NCBI GenBank assembly: GCA_951406725.2
Contig: OX597822.1
Coordinates: forward strand, 107,942,001 to 108,006,000
Reading direction: 5' to 3'
Source of the DNA: Octopus vulgaris
Lineage: Eukaryota
DNA length: 64,000 nucleotides
The notes below the pieces were generated by a model. It was not told the DNA's origin. It did no database searches and saw nothing but the letters and a program-made list of their open reading frames with translations. Shown piece by piece: positions 1 through 13,783 of the stretch. Position 1 is the stretch's first letter. Every line of letters begins with the position of its first letter. The position numbers were made by a program, and so were the translations under genes.

Positions 1-38
1 GTAAACAAGCTACTTACCACACAGCCACTCCTGCGCCT
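1..38 (-). mobile_element. tRNA-like head fragment of the microsatellite-containing SINE family
   Basis: aacaagctacttaccacacagccactcctgcgcct matches the ends of copies at ~43500-43530 and ~54320-54352. Confidence 0.7.
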
Positions 39-136
39 ATATTATTTTTAAGGCATTGAACACCGACGGGTAAAATGCAAATTTGAATGGGAGGGAATTA
101 AATTCAGTTAAAATTGAATTGGAAGGAATTAAATTA

Positions 137-370
137 AAGAAGTTTGCCAATGTTCAGGGACGTGAGAATCAAAGAACTGAAGTATTTCGGATTACAAAAC
201 AATGTGTGAGAGAAAACCGTGATGTTAAAGGAGAGAAATATGTCCGCATAGATGATGGTGCCTTTGCGCTTAATGATTATGCAAAGAAAGAGGCTTGGAG
301 AAGCCATTATGAAAGACTTCTGAATGTGGAGAATGAATGGGAGGAGGATACTCTGCCAAAGTTTGACCCG
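137..370 (+). mobile_element. RTE-clade LINE fragment (endonuclease-RT linker)
   Basis: Closely matches 3261-3493; translates KFANVQGRENQRTEVFRITKQCVRENRDVKGEKYVR...EAWRSHYERLLNVENEW. Confidence 0.85.
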
Positions 371-1410
371 CTTAGAGATGGGAATGTTCTGTTCGATACA
401 CAAAATTGCTGTTTTAGTCATGAGTATTTTTGTAATATCCTTATTGTATTGACGAGAAGTCTACTTAGATGCTTATGTAAAGGATGTACAGAAATTACCG
501 CAAAATGTCACATGTAGAACGACAGACTGCAAAACGTAAATCAATTTATAGCCTTTACGATAAATCAGCAAATATTGTCCATGAACATTTGCTAAATCAA
601 ACGCACATTTAGAATTTCAATAAAAGAAGTGAAAATAAAGCATAAACATTAATAGTTTATAGGTTTAAAATATGACTAACGTTTCTGCACAACTGAATGA
701 AAGTAATGGCTTCCTAGAAACGTCGTTGTCGTTTAGTCCCAGGTCAAGATGATCTACAATAAAAAGAACTACAGCCTTTTACAACTACGAACATCCAGTA
801 TTTTATTAGATATATTGTATATAAAACTATATTATGTAACGAGTCCTTCAGTTTTATGTAGGGTGAACGTAAATTGGCTGTTCTGCTAGCAGTTAATCTA
901 CTTCAAGGAAATATTCTTTTTGGCTTATATTTGCACGAACGTTGCCGATAGCAGAAATACAACTCAGCTCGAAACTTCTCGTTAACGTTCCTATGGAGAG
1001 CTCCCCAGAAGTACTAAGAATATAAAATATAATACACATGTTTAAAGTTTAGCAGAGAAATTAGACATCCTTCAGAGTCTGTCTACAACTCGACTTCATA
1101 TGCGAATGTTTAGATTTTGCAAAGCTATATAAAAAGCATTCTGTAATGATTGCCATAATCGAGCCACCATGTATACACATTTTAGTGTAACGTTCAGACT
1201 TTTTGCTAGCCAAACACTCGAAGGTCATTATTGATCATTTGGCGAACCTGTTGAGTGGACTAAAGATATACACATTTTACCGACAGGAAGTGGATAGAAA
1301 CCCTTCCTGATTCATAAAACTTTATAAATATTTCAGTAGAAAAATACGTTGCGCACATATTCATAATATGGTAACAAGAGACAAAAAAAAACAAAAAAAA
1401 ATGTTAGACA

Positions 1411-1471
1411 CGGGCCGAACAATGTCTTGTGAGTGGATTTGGTAGACGGAAACTGAAAGAAGCCCGTCGTA

Positions 1472-1547
<76 letters not shown>

Positions 1548-1580
1548 CGTGCGTGTGTTTGTGTGTCTGTATTAGCTCCT
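1411..1580 (+). mobile_element. Partial SINE (microsatellite-containing family)
   Basis: ttgtgagtggatttggtagacggaaactgaaagaagcccgtcg then (TA)n(TG)n; reverse complement of the core at 54190-54245. Confidence 0.75.
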
Positions 1581-1888
1581 GACCAACTTCAATAACATTA
1601 CACTAATAGCAGTAAATATTTCTATTTTCAAATGTCAAATGTAACTTAAATGCACTGGAGCAAATAGTAATAATAGGTGACATAAACACTAAGGCGATTC
1701 AACTTGTGGGTGAAGAAGAATTCAGGGTGCTTGTCAAACGTGTGAGAAGATCTAAGATCGCTATGCATGTTAGCAAGTACAGAATGGGAGGATGTTGGAA
1801 TATAAACAACAATTACACTGTCTTCGGTGTCTATGTATATATGAAAATATATACGTAGACAGATATGCAGACATCATGTACCCCACCC

Positions 1889-1933
<45 letters not shown>

Positions 1934-2099
1934 AATATAAGCGATATATATACATATACATAAAGCTTATATTTACAACGCCCCAAACACTTTCATACTC
2001 CCACCTCCCAGCAGAGGTAACAACCTTAACAATTCTAACGTTTGAATGTCGGTAGGGTAAAAGCAAGAACAACTATTATGATCATCTGTTACCAAACGA

Positions 2100-4165
2100 T
2101 CAACAGAAACCTTCTTATCAGGTGTTGAATAACATCTCTCCTTCCTGTGTTACCTCCCATATCTCTTCCCCAGTTTTCAGGGTTGGCACTGTAAATATAG
2201 GCACATTGAAATGTAGGTCTAGCGAGATTGTAGAGATGCTTCAACGGAGACATATTGATGTATGTTGCGTACAAGTGTTGAGGTGGAGAGGTGCTTTAGT
2301 TTGAGTCCTCACAGGCAAAGTACATAGGTATAAACACTTCTGGGAAGGTAATAATGTTGGAAGAGGAGGTGTGGGCATACTTCTTGCAGGGAAATGGGTG
2401 TGCAATAGAGTACTTAAACTCAGGCTAGTCTTGCAGAATGATATATCTAAAAATAGTTCTGCCTACGTCCCACATGGTGGGCCTACCAAATGAACAGAAG
2501 GTTCGATATTATGATATTCTTCTGCAGGCTACCTCCAAGACAAATGACAATGATCTCATCTTTGTGACTGGAGAATTTAATGTGTATGTCGGACAGCAAC
2601 CTAGTATCTTCCGTGGTGTATATGAGGGCCATGGAGTCTGTACCAGAAACGATGGAAATTGACTCTTGGAATTCTGCGATGCAAGTAGCCTATTGATCTG
2701 CATTCCCAACTTCAGGAAGCCAGCTAGCGACCTGATAACCTATCAGTCAGGTGACTCTGCTAGCCAGATTGATTTCATTCTCACCAGAGAGCGTGATGCA
2801 TGGGTTGCTCTCAAATACAAAGACCCTCCCTGGAGAAGAATGTACCCTCCAGCATAGAATAGTTATTAGTGACTCGAGGCTAGAAGGTTGCCAAAGAGGA
2901 AACCAATCTGGAAGTGGACTCGGAAGCTTAAGAAACCTTCACATGGTCAGAGATATAGGGATATCCTTACCGAGATATTTGATGATAGGGAGGAGGAGCT
3001 GCAGTCATGTAACTTAGCAGGCAAGTGGGAATTCCTGCTAAACAGCTTGCTGAGTGACACAGACTAAATCTGTGGCTGGTGCAAAGTTCCTTCCAGAACT
3101 AGGGTAATGTGGTGGTGGAACAGTACTATAGACAGTGCCATCAGAGCAGAGAAACAGGCTCGGAAGGCCTGGAAGAATGTGATGGGGGTAGCAGGAGTAT
3201 TATCAGATAACCAAAAGGGACGCTAGCAGACAGGTATATATAGCCAAGAGAGTAGCAGAAAAGAAGTTTGCCAATGTTCAGGGACGTGAGAATCGAAGAA
3301 CTGAAGTATTTCGGATTAAAAAACAATGTGTGAGAGAACACTGTGATGTTAAAAGAAAGAAATATGTCCGCATAGATGAAGGTGCCTTTGCGTTTAATGA
3401 TTCTGCAAAGAAAAAGGCTTAGAGATGCCATTATGGAAGACTGCTGAATGTGAAGAATTAATCGGAGGAGGACACTCTGCCAAAGGTTGACCCAATTGAA
3501 GGACGAGTACACGAATTTATAGTACCCTGCTAGATAAAGCAATTAAGGATATGGAGACGGAAAGCACCTCGCTTATCAAGTATCACCGCTGAGATGCTTA
3601 AAATATCAGGCGGTGTGGGTTATGGTCTCGTCACCCGCATCGTAAATCAGGTACCTCATGAAGGAGTTATACCCAATGACTGGTCTGGCAGCACCATAGT
3701 CCACTGCTACAAGGGTAAAGGTGATGCTTTAGATAGAAATGACTACAAGCGTATCAAATTATTGAATCAGGTGATGAAAGTTACAGAGAGACGCATAGCC
3801 AACTAATTAAGGAGAAAGTTAGCCTAGATGAGATTCAGTTTTGTTTTGTGCCATGCAGACGCACCACTGATGCTATATTTCTGGTAAGGCAACTGCAGGA
3901 GAAATACCTAGCCAAAGATAGAACTCTCTACTTGGCTTTTGTTGACTTGGAGAAAGCATTTGACAGGATTTCCCGAATCCTTATATGGTGGTCAATACAG
4001 AAACGAGTGATTGGTAATAGCTGTACAAGCCCTGTACAGTAAGGTGAGAGATGGTAACAAGTATAGTGAAGAATTCCTAATAGAAGTAGGGTTCACCAAG
4101 GATCAGATCTTAGCCCCTTTTTATTCGTTATAGTCCTCCCGGCTAAAACCGAGGAATTCAGGGTG
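2100..4165 (+). mobile_element. Degenerate RTE-clade non-LTR retrotransposon (APE endonuclease + N-terminal RT), 3'-truncated
   Basis: APE motifs RVGTVNIGTL...IDVCCVQ..RWRG, GEFNVYVG, SQIDFIL; RT motifs IPNDWSGSTIVHCYKGKGD, TTDAIFLVRQLQEKYL, LAFVDLEKAFDRI, HQGSDLSPFLF; many stops and frameshifts. Confidence 0.92.
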
Positions 4166-4441
4166 CGGTACAGTCCTTTTGGGGACTACTGCTTTATAAG
4201 AATATACACTCGACTGCAAAAATTGTTGTACTTTTATTTATCTGATGGCAGGAAACGATGACCTTGTCAGGACTTGGTATCACAATATGAAATGACAGTG
4301 AAATACTCAAGTATTTTCTCGGATGCTCTAACGAATCTACAAAAATAGATTTATGATCATTGTATTGCAGGTAGCTATTTTATTTCATACAAGTAATATG
4401 ACAGGTTTATCATTTGTTGCCCTGTCCCTGTGCCACCATGT

Positions 4442-4876
<435 letters not shown>

Positions 4877-5862
4877 CGATCGGCCTGACTTTTTCTATGC
4901 AAAAGTTTGTATAGTATTCTTTATAGCCTTGTTTTGCTTTGAGATCCAGTCAAGCACCACTTATTTCACGTTGTAAAACCTCATGAAGATAACCATATAT
5001 CATATCAAGATATAATACAATGTCGTGTATTTGAGATAATATGTACGCGATTTCCTGATAATCGCACGACTGTATAAGCACTCGAAGAAGGTTGGATAAA
5101 AGAGAAATTCAACGTAAAAACAGGCTATGATATCATGAAAGTGAACACTTTTCAAAGAGTACTCATTAATTTCATCGAAAAATTGATTGCTCCTCTGACT
5201 GTACAGATGATTATATTTAGTTGCCTTCAATATTTGATGAAGCGTTGTCAACGTCTTGGCATAACAGTAGATTATATATACTTGATTTTTTACGTATGGA
5301 TATGTATGGAAACTTTGAGAATATAAGCAAGGTAAGCACCAAATTATATTAGTGTTCAACTGAATATACAAACAAATGACTCCATATACAGTAATAGATT
5401 ATGTCGTAACTATATTCACAAAGAACTTTGTATTTGTATTTCATGTTCTTGGTAAAGTAATTCAATTTTATTCCATAATAACCTTAAACGTGATTCATAT
5501 CGCGAAATCCCATTTCTACAAGAGAATAGAGCTGTCTAGTCGGAGAAAAATAAAACGCACATATTGTACAAAAAAACATATACTTTCCGATATGAAATAT
5601 TACTGAGATACATAAATTATATTAAAAGCGAGGAGACGACACACCGAGACAGAAGCATGTAATATGCGAAATATATCATTGGAAACTTTCCTCTTAGCTG
5701 TCATATATGTTTCCAGTGGTAGTTAGAGTAGGTTGTCACAAAAGTAACTCATCTGCAAATATATATCACCGTATGTAGGTAACTCTCTCACAATGTCTAT
5801 ATGTGCACACACGGTTGTGTATGTACATACGCATATCATACAAATGTGTGTTTGTGTGTTCC

Positions 5863-5902
<40 letters not shown>

Positions 5903-6109
5903 ATATATGCATATATATATATATGTGTGTGTGTGTGCGTATGTGTGTGTATAAAGAGAAACACAGACTATATAATCAGTATTTTTGCTTCATATAATGT
6001 ACATGTACTACCAAAGCCGACTGGCTTTAACTAAGCAACACAATATGGCGATTCCTATCATTAGCATTAGTGGTAAAAATTCGAGACACAACGATTGGTG
6101 CCTCTATAT

Positions 6110-6110
<1 letters not shown>

Positions 6111-6206
<96 letters not shown>

Positions 6207-6207
6207 C

Positions 6208-6260
<53 letters not shown>

Positions 6261-6299
6261 TATGTGTGTGTGTATGTACCTGTGTATATGTATGTACGT

Positions 6300-6389
<90 letters not shown>

Positions 6390-6407
6390 ATATATAATAT
6401 ATATATG

Positions 6408-6470
<63 letters not shown>

Positions 6471-6492
6471 TGTATGTATGTATGTATGTATA
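6111..6492. repeat. Compound (TA)n/(TG)n/(TATG)n microsatellite
   Basis: Direct reading. Confidence 0.95.
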
Positions 6493-6570
6493 TCAGTATG
6501 CAATTCAGTACAGACATTTTAAAGCCTTTAGGCTCAAGAAATTAATAGCGACAAATTTTTCGGAAATAAG

Positions 6571-7016
6571 AGAGTGGGCTGAAAAATTCGTAGGCTGATT
6601 ATAGAGGAGTGGTGTTAGAGGTGTGGACTCCTGTATGCATTTGATTCCTGTTTTCTTATTAATAATTGCGTTCTTTCTTTCCAGGTAAACTGAGCATTGA
6701 CTGTTTAAAGATTTGAAAAGTAATTAATTGCTACGTCTTTTAAAATTTGAGAATATTTGAGATTGTGGCGTTATCAATTACCTGCCGAAGATCATTTAGT
6801 CCCTAAGGAATTCATGCTGTAGGGTTACTGCATTAGAGGATGATGATCTAGCTTTAACAACAGGGAAAATGTGGACAGCTGAATTTAGGAGGGAAAATGC
6901 GAGTTTAAGATGACGTTAGGTTTGAAAGTCCTGCAACTGCCACTATCGAGGAAATGATTGATCATATTCAACAGGTGATGGATGACATGCGATTGACTAT
7001 TAATCAAATAGCCAAC
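6571..7016 (+). mobile_element. Mariner-like transposon 5' relic (N-terminal HTH of transposase)
   Basis: Frameshifted WTAEFRRG...DD...PATATIEEMIDHIQQVMDDMRLTINQIA resembles the mariner EF..GR.S.EDDPRSGRP.T motif; TIR-like gagtgggctgaaaaattcgtaggct at ~6572. Confidence 0.7.
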
Positions 7017-7231
7017 GGATATAATTTTTGATGTATTAATTGATTAATATTTTACAAATAATTATTTACCGTGAATATTTAGGCTTTGTCCTTCTTTATA
7101 AGCTATGAGGTATGAAGGTATATTTCATCTGATACCGTAAAAAAGAATTACGAGGACGCATAGTATGATTACCAGTTTAAACGCCCGTCATTCTCAACAT
7201 GCATTGTAATACTCTTATAAAGCCATAGGCA

Positions 7232-7610
7232 TAACTGCACATTTAAGCAGTTTGATATTGTCGACTTTTACCCGTCAGTAGCTTGGTCTTTACTTTTAAA
7301 AACATTAGACTTCGCCAAGCAGTATGTCACCATCGATAACTCGGAAATAGATATTTTCCTGCATGCAAGGAAATCCCTCCTTTTATTACGAGGATTCTAT
7401 TTGGATAAAAAAAGAGTGAGGATTCTTTTTTAGATGTACCGATGGGGGTATATGACGGGTCGGATGTATGCTTATATGTGTGCTTATAGGAGCTTATATT
7501 GTGCATAATCTGCATCTCGAATTCCCTTTAATAGATGCAGGGATGACGGTCTTATAGTCATCCTTAAGTTAAACGGCCACGAGTTAGATAAGCGTAGGAA
7601 GAATCTGTAC
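7232..7610 (+). mobile_element. Penelope-like element RT core fragment
   Basis: CTFKQFDIVDFYPSV...LDFAKQY...IFLHARKSLL, DVPMGVYDGSDVC, RDDGLIVI..LNGHELDKRRKNL are PLE RT palm motifs; frameshifted. Confidence 0.85.
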
Positions 7611-9991
7611 TAGTAAAAGGGATATTGTATAGTATTTTGTACAATTGATTAATTTCAATCCATCTAAATAATAATACTTCTTTCTTTTATGAAGTAGATG
7701 ACTAATATATTATTTCCTAATAAATGGCAGCCATTTCATAATATCCAACTACAGAGTATTATGTCACATAAAATGTTCCTACGTATGCCTTTTGTTTGCT
7801 AAATTTAATATTCCTATATTTCAAAGTCTTCTGAACTTCGGCAAAGTGATAATCAGAGATATGAATATTAACATTTTACGTTCAAATGCATCCTTTTCCC
7901 TGCATATTTAGTTTTAAAGTTTCCTTTTTCTTGTTTACACACATACATGCAGTTGTGCACGCACATAGACACACAAACTCACACATAGACACACAGCCAC
8001 ACAGCCACACAGCCACACACACATACACACATAGACACACAGGCACACAGCCACAAACATATACACACATAGACACAGAGACACACACAATGCTGTTGAA
8101 AAAGCGATAGAGGATAGATACTGAAGGTATATGTCGTCTGATACCGTAAAAAAGAATTACGGGTATACATAGCGTGATTATCAGTTTAACCGTCCGTCAT
8201 TCTCTACATACATTGTAATAGTCTTACAAAGCAATTTTACTTCTTCTAATTTTCAACCACATCACAAGAATATCCTTTGCAGAAAAAAAAAAGGCTTTGT
8301 TTATCTGATTACCCCCTAAGGTACGTAGAACAATACGTATTTAAGTTGAACATTCAAAAGAAGATCACTGCTGGAATCTCGTTAGACAGAACATAACGGT
8401 GTGATTATGTAGCAACCACTGTAGGAATCGTAGGACTGAGATGTATACTTTAGCCCGAGGAAATATGCCAATATACTACAAATTATTTCAGGAGGTGTTA
8501 AATGCAGACGAGACGATACGTATATAGTATGAATGATATATTCTTAAATAAATATACTATTTTTAGAAGAAAGATAGTAATATGAACACATATTATATAG
8601 ACTCAACTGCAATTATTGGCAATTCATTTGTATTTAATTTGAATAACTTCGGGTGATTTTATTAGTATATGTCTGGCTTTGTAATGAATATTGAAGGTTA
8701 TAAGTCCTCGATATAATACTTAACCGTTTGTTGATTATCAGACATTCATATAAACATCTAGTTCAGTGAACTTGGTTGTCTATATGACGTCGTTCAGACT
8801 GCCACTCAAAGCCAAGCAATTTGCCTCAAACTCCAAAATTATGTACTCGTTGATGTGCAACCTCATAAAGGAAAGCAATTTTATCACGACCTGAACACCG
8901 TTCATTAAATATATTCTGGACACAGGCTACAACAAATATTTTTATTCTCTTGGAAGTATTTATTTTTTTTAAGAAGCAAGAAATAAGTCTACGGATGGCA
9001 ACAATTTTCCTAAGTTGTTCAAATTGTTATTTTGACTTCATGTACTTGAGAAAACTGATTTGTGGATGCATTAGACTTTTACTACTCAAAAATACAGATT
9101 ACTTGCAACAACAGACACAGCCAGCAATGGCATCAGATTTCCCAAATATCTCTCATAGGGTGAAGAATATCGATTCAGAATTTCCTGTAGATTGAAAGCA
9201 TGGTATTGAATTGCAATCTCAGCTGCAGGATATAACTGTCTCTTATAATCCCTAATGAGAAATTAAACAATATTATTTATCATCGCGTAAGATTATTGTC
9301 TGTCACTGAATGTTTGATCCTACTTAGCAGTGTAATGTCCCAAGTATTTAAAATCTTCCGCTCTATTGCTTCTCATTTATCATCCCAATGATTAAGAATG
9401 CTTTAATATGATTCTCTATTCTAACGTTAAAAAATTATACATCCTGACGAGCGATGACTGTCAGTATTGAAGCAGCAGTAATTGATTTAATATAAAAAGA
9501 ACACCGAATCTATCTCTCCAAACAATACCGCATGCTTAGAAAAATACACGCTTAAATAGGTGGAAATATTTATGGTACCGGCATAGATGTATGTGATCAT
9601 TTATTCAAAGGGCGTAAGAAATATGATAGATGATCATCAGCAATCATTTATTTATTCTTAAATCACGGAAGGTAACATTTGAAATGCCACCAGAACTGAA
9701 ACCACTCAATTAATGATTAAGCGCGTGACTATAATTTCAGAGAACATATGTATGGTGGTTATTTAGTCCTCATGTATAGTCGGACCACCTCTTGTACTTT
9801 TACATTAGATCCATCATGGTGTTTGATGTGGCTTTTTAAAACCAGACATTGTATTGAAAACACACCCATAGATTCAGACCAGCAAGAGCACCAAATAAGT
9901 TCTGATAGCTGTGGATCTTACTATTGTTGTCTTCGGAGGCCACCGTTAGATTTGCAGACTTTATGGCACTCACAGCTTGAAAGGTATGCAC

Positions 9992-10072
<81 letters not shown>

Positions 10073-10518
10073 CATATTTATACGTAAGCAATCATAAATA
10101 AGGGCAAAAGGAATCCAATTTCTATACCAATATGCTGAGAAATAGACTTTATATCGTCAATCACCACGTACAATATTTTCCACTATAAATAAGCAGCATG
10201 TTGAAAATGAGGAAAGCAAGCTAACAGAATTTTTTAAAAGTTTCGTTATCACCGAATCGGACCGATTTCTGGATTATACCAAAAGGACTTTTCCTTCGTC
10301 AGCGGAGAACACGGTAACAAAAAAATGGGATACTTACATATACCCATGGAAAAAAACAGATGCAAAGTCATGAATACGTTTACGTACCTGAATATATCCA
10401 AATAGAAATTCTGTAGCAAGCCCCAATCACCACATACAGTATTTTTCACTATAGATACACAGCGTCTTGAAAACGAAGAAAGCAAGGTAACAGAAATTTT
10501 GAAAAGTTTCGTTTATGG

Positions 10519-10988
10519 TGCTCGTTATTATTCGTGAGAGGGGAGGTAATTGTTCCTTTGGGTGGGGGTGGGGGATAAATAGATATAGAAAACGTAACAA
10601 CTAGTGTTGTGAGATGAAATATTTAGAATGATGTGTATGTGAACATGAATTGAAATATATACATAACCAAAGCTGGTTATGCGTTCATACTTAATCGTTT
10701 TCTGTATTTTTCGATGAATAAATGTTCTTTATTTAAACGTTGTTGTATAGAAATTGTTTCTTAGGACTGATAGATGGGGAAAACTGTTAAGTTTGGTTGG
10801 ATATTAACTGCACACCTCTCTATGAACGCATAACCGATTTTGATCTCAGTAGAGATTTTAATTCATGTTTGCATACACATCATTGTAAATATTTCATATT
10901 ACTACTTCGGTTTCTGAGTTTTTGTATATTTATTTACTCCTCCCCAAAAATGAACAATTACCTCCCCTGTCCCGAATAATAACGACCC
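10519..10988. mobile_element. MITE-like element with ~35 bp terminal inverted repeats
   Basis: tcgttattattcgtgagaggggaggtaattgttc (~10522-10555) is inverted relative to gaacaattacctcccctgtcccgaataataacga (~10952-10985); interior non-coding. Confidence 0.7.
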
Positions 10989-11200
10989 CAAATTACCTCC
11001 CTTTAAATTTTTCTACCTCTTGATCCATTTCACTTCCATATTGACTAATATCTTCTTAAAAAAAATACGAAAATACAATAGTATGAGTGTTATGATTAGT
11101 GAAAGGGAAACCAGTCGACAAACACAATACGCTTTCACTTGTAAAATATATTAAAAGATATATATTAAACCGTGTAAATTGTGTGCATTTTCGTTTCTGC

Positions 11201-11249
<49 letters not shown>

Positions 11250-11995
11250 TTAATTTGATTTACCTATCCTTTTTTCTCTTATATCGTTCTAAAATGCTTC
11301 TCTAAATTTTTCTAAGTTAGGAAAGATCTCAGTACCTCAGTATCTCATTGTGTCCTCTTTTGTTTCCCTGTTTATGCCCCTTTTATTTGATAGTCATATG
11401 TTTAGCTACCGCTGTACTTCCTCTTTCCTGTCATCACCTCTTGTCTATCTGTCATTATCTTAATATCAACTCAAAATTTTCCCTTTTTATGTAGATAAGG
11501 CTAGATGTATGGTCCCAGGAAAATAGGGGAGAGTATCTAACATTAATCAATTTATCACCACCATCGAAAACATAACTGTCAGTTCCCGGTGCACTTAATT
11601 CTAAGAAGTTGTAGACAACAGGCTTCATTAAGTCGTATGAATGTGATAAAGATAAATACAAATATAGCTATATCAACATTCCTCTTTCTTGAACCGCATT
11701 ATTTTCCTCTGCCACCATAAATTCTAGTAGGCTTTAGGTAAACATGTTTCCCTAAATTCATTCTGCCACAAAAGTTGCAAATAGAAACAATGTAATTATT
11801 TTAGTTTCTTTTACTGATGAAATTTCCTAAAAAATAATGGTTTATTCTTTGTGATAGAAATCTATATGGTCGTCTGCACAGAGGAGAGCGGTTTATTTCA
11901 AATCGACGGAATGTTTTCATTGATCGACTAAATAGGGCCGCTTGAAACGGTCTTAATGCACTAATAGCTGAATATCCTTGTTTCTTATTTGCCTC

Positions 11996-12098
<103 letters not shown>

Positions 12099-12190
12099 TA
12101 CATACACGCACACATACGCACAGACACACACACACACACACGCACGCAACACACGCACGCATACACGCACGCATATATATATATATATAT

Positions 12191-13782
12191 ATTGATCAAA
12201 ATAAAAACATGATGCGAAGGATTCAGCGGTACATATGTTTCTGGCCTTTATTAGACAGATTTATAACAATGCATAATGTATGTCTGTGGCCTTCTTCAGC
12301 CGCGCACAACAGCTTCCACAAAGACATGTGTTACATCAAAAATTCTTGGTTGGGGATGCAAATACTCTCATTCGCGTACGACATAATGCGGCAGCAGCAT
12401 AGAATTGAAGCGTCCATCTCTTTCTTCTCTCAATGTAGAATGAGGAAATTTGGATGTTGAAGTAATGTAAATAAATAAATACATATATAGACGTGAAGAT
12501 GGAGGGGCGAGAATTCAGGACGAGGGATAAAAAATGTATAAAAAGTGTAAGTATAGAAAAATATAAAAATGTAGAGTATAAAGATATAAAGGGATATAAG
12601 GAGATGTAAAGGGGGTATAAAGAATATAAAGAAATATAAAGAAATATAAATGAATGTAAAGGCATAAGGTTATAAAGTAAAAATAGAAATAGAAATAAAA
12701 GTAAAAAGTAAAAAAATAAAAATAGGAATAAACATGATAAAAATGTAAAAAAATATAAAGATAAGCGATGTATAGATGTTACGGACCAAACATGGTGGTC
12801 AGGAGATTGATAAAATTTAGTTGTAGAAGTTTTGGGTGTCAATAAATCAACAGTGTCGTCTGGGGACCTAGTGTGTTGTAAATCAGAGCTGTTGAGCGTT
12901 TAATCTAGTTCTTTGAATTAATTGGTCATCTTGTACTTACATACCATCATGGATACATACACCCATATACACGCGTACATATACGCGCGCATACACGGCT
13001 CCAAGCCTATAAGCATACACGCGCACTCACGTGTAAACATGTACATAAACACACATACACCCACACGCACGCGCACTCACGTGTAAACATGTACATAAAC
13101 ACACATACACCCACACGCACGCGCGTACATATACATACATACAACAGAATATCCGCATGTACACACGGACATTATACGTGTACACACCCATATATACATA
13201 CGTGCGCCGATCCTTACATACACATACACATATGCCCACGCTTCCAGGTTTAGATATAAGATATTAAAGGATGTATATAAGAACGTATGTAAAGAATCAC
13301 GCACTCACGTCTACACGTGCACGCACACACGGCTGTGTGTCCATATGTGCGTGCACATATACACTTACATACACACACAGAAACATACGCGCATATGGGT
13401 ATAGCTATAAGATATTAAAAGATGTATACAAATAGGTGTAAACATATGAATATAAGAAAACATGTAAAACAATGTAAGGAAATACGGGGTATGTACATCC
13501 AGGCGTAGATGTTTACTCGTACATATGTACACATATGTATACGTATACATACGTACACGGACGCTCGTATAATCATAAAGCCGATCCATAGGTAAGTAAA
13601 TAAGGGATAAGCAAAAAAAAAAATAGACATATATAGAGATATAAAGCGATAAGTTAGGGGTAAGAATGAGGGTAAGGGTAAAAATTAGAAATAAAAGTAA
13701 GAAATACAATATAAAATAAGAAATACAATGTAAAAGTTAGAAATGAAATATAAAAATTATAAAAATTATAAGAATTAAGATA
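12191..13782 (-). repeat. Left inverted arm (inverted pLTR copy) with an internal 50 bp tandem duplication at 13021-13120
   Basis: Reverse complement of 15804-17357; mirrored ORF translations (12336..12842- vs 16696..17118+). Confidence 0.95.
12226..12303 (-). ncRNA. Type I hammerhead ribozyme (PLE pLTR, left arm)
   Basis: Minus strand gcgg-CTGAAGA-a-ggcc...ggcc-a-GAAA-catatg-TA-ccgc: stem I gcgg/ccgc, stem II ggcc/ggcc, palindromic stem III, GUA site. Confidence 0.75.
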
Positions 13783-13783
13783 C

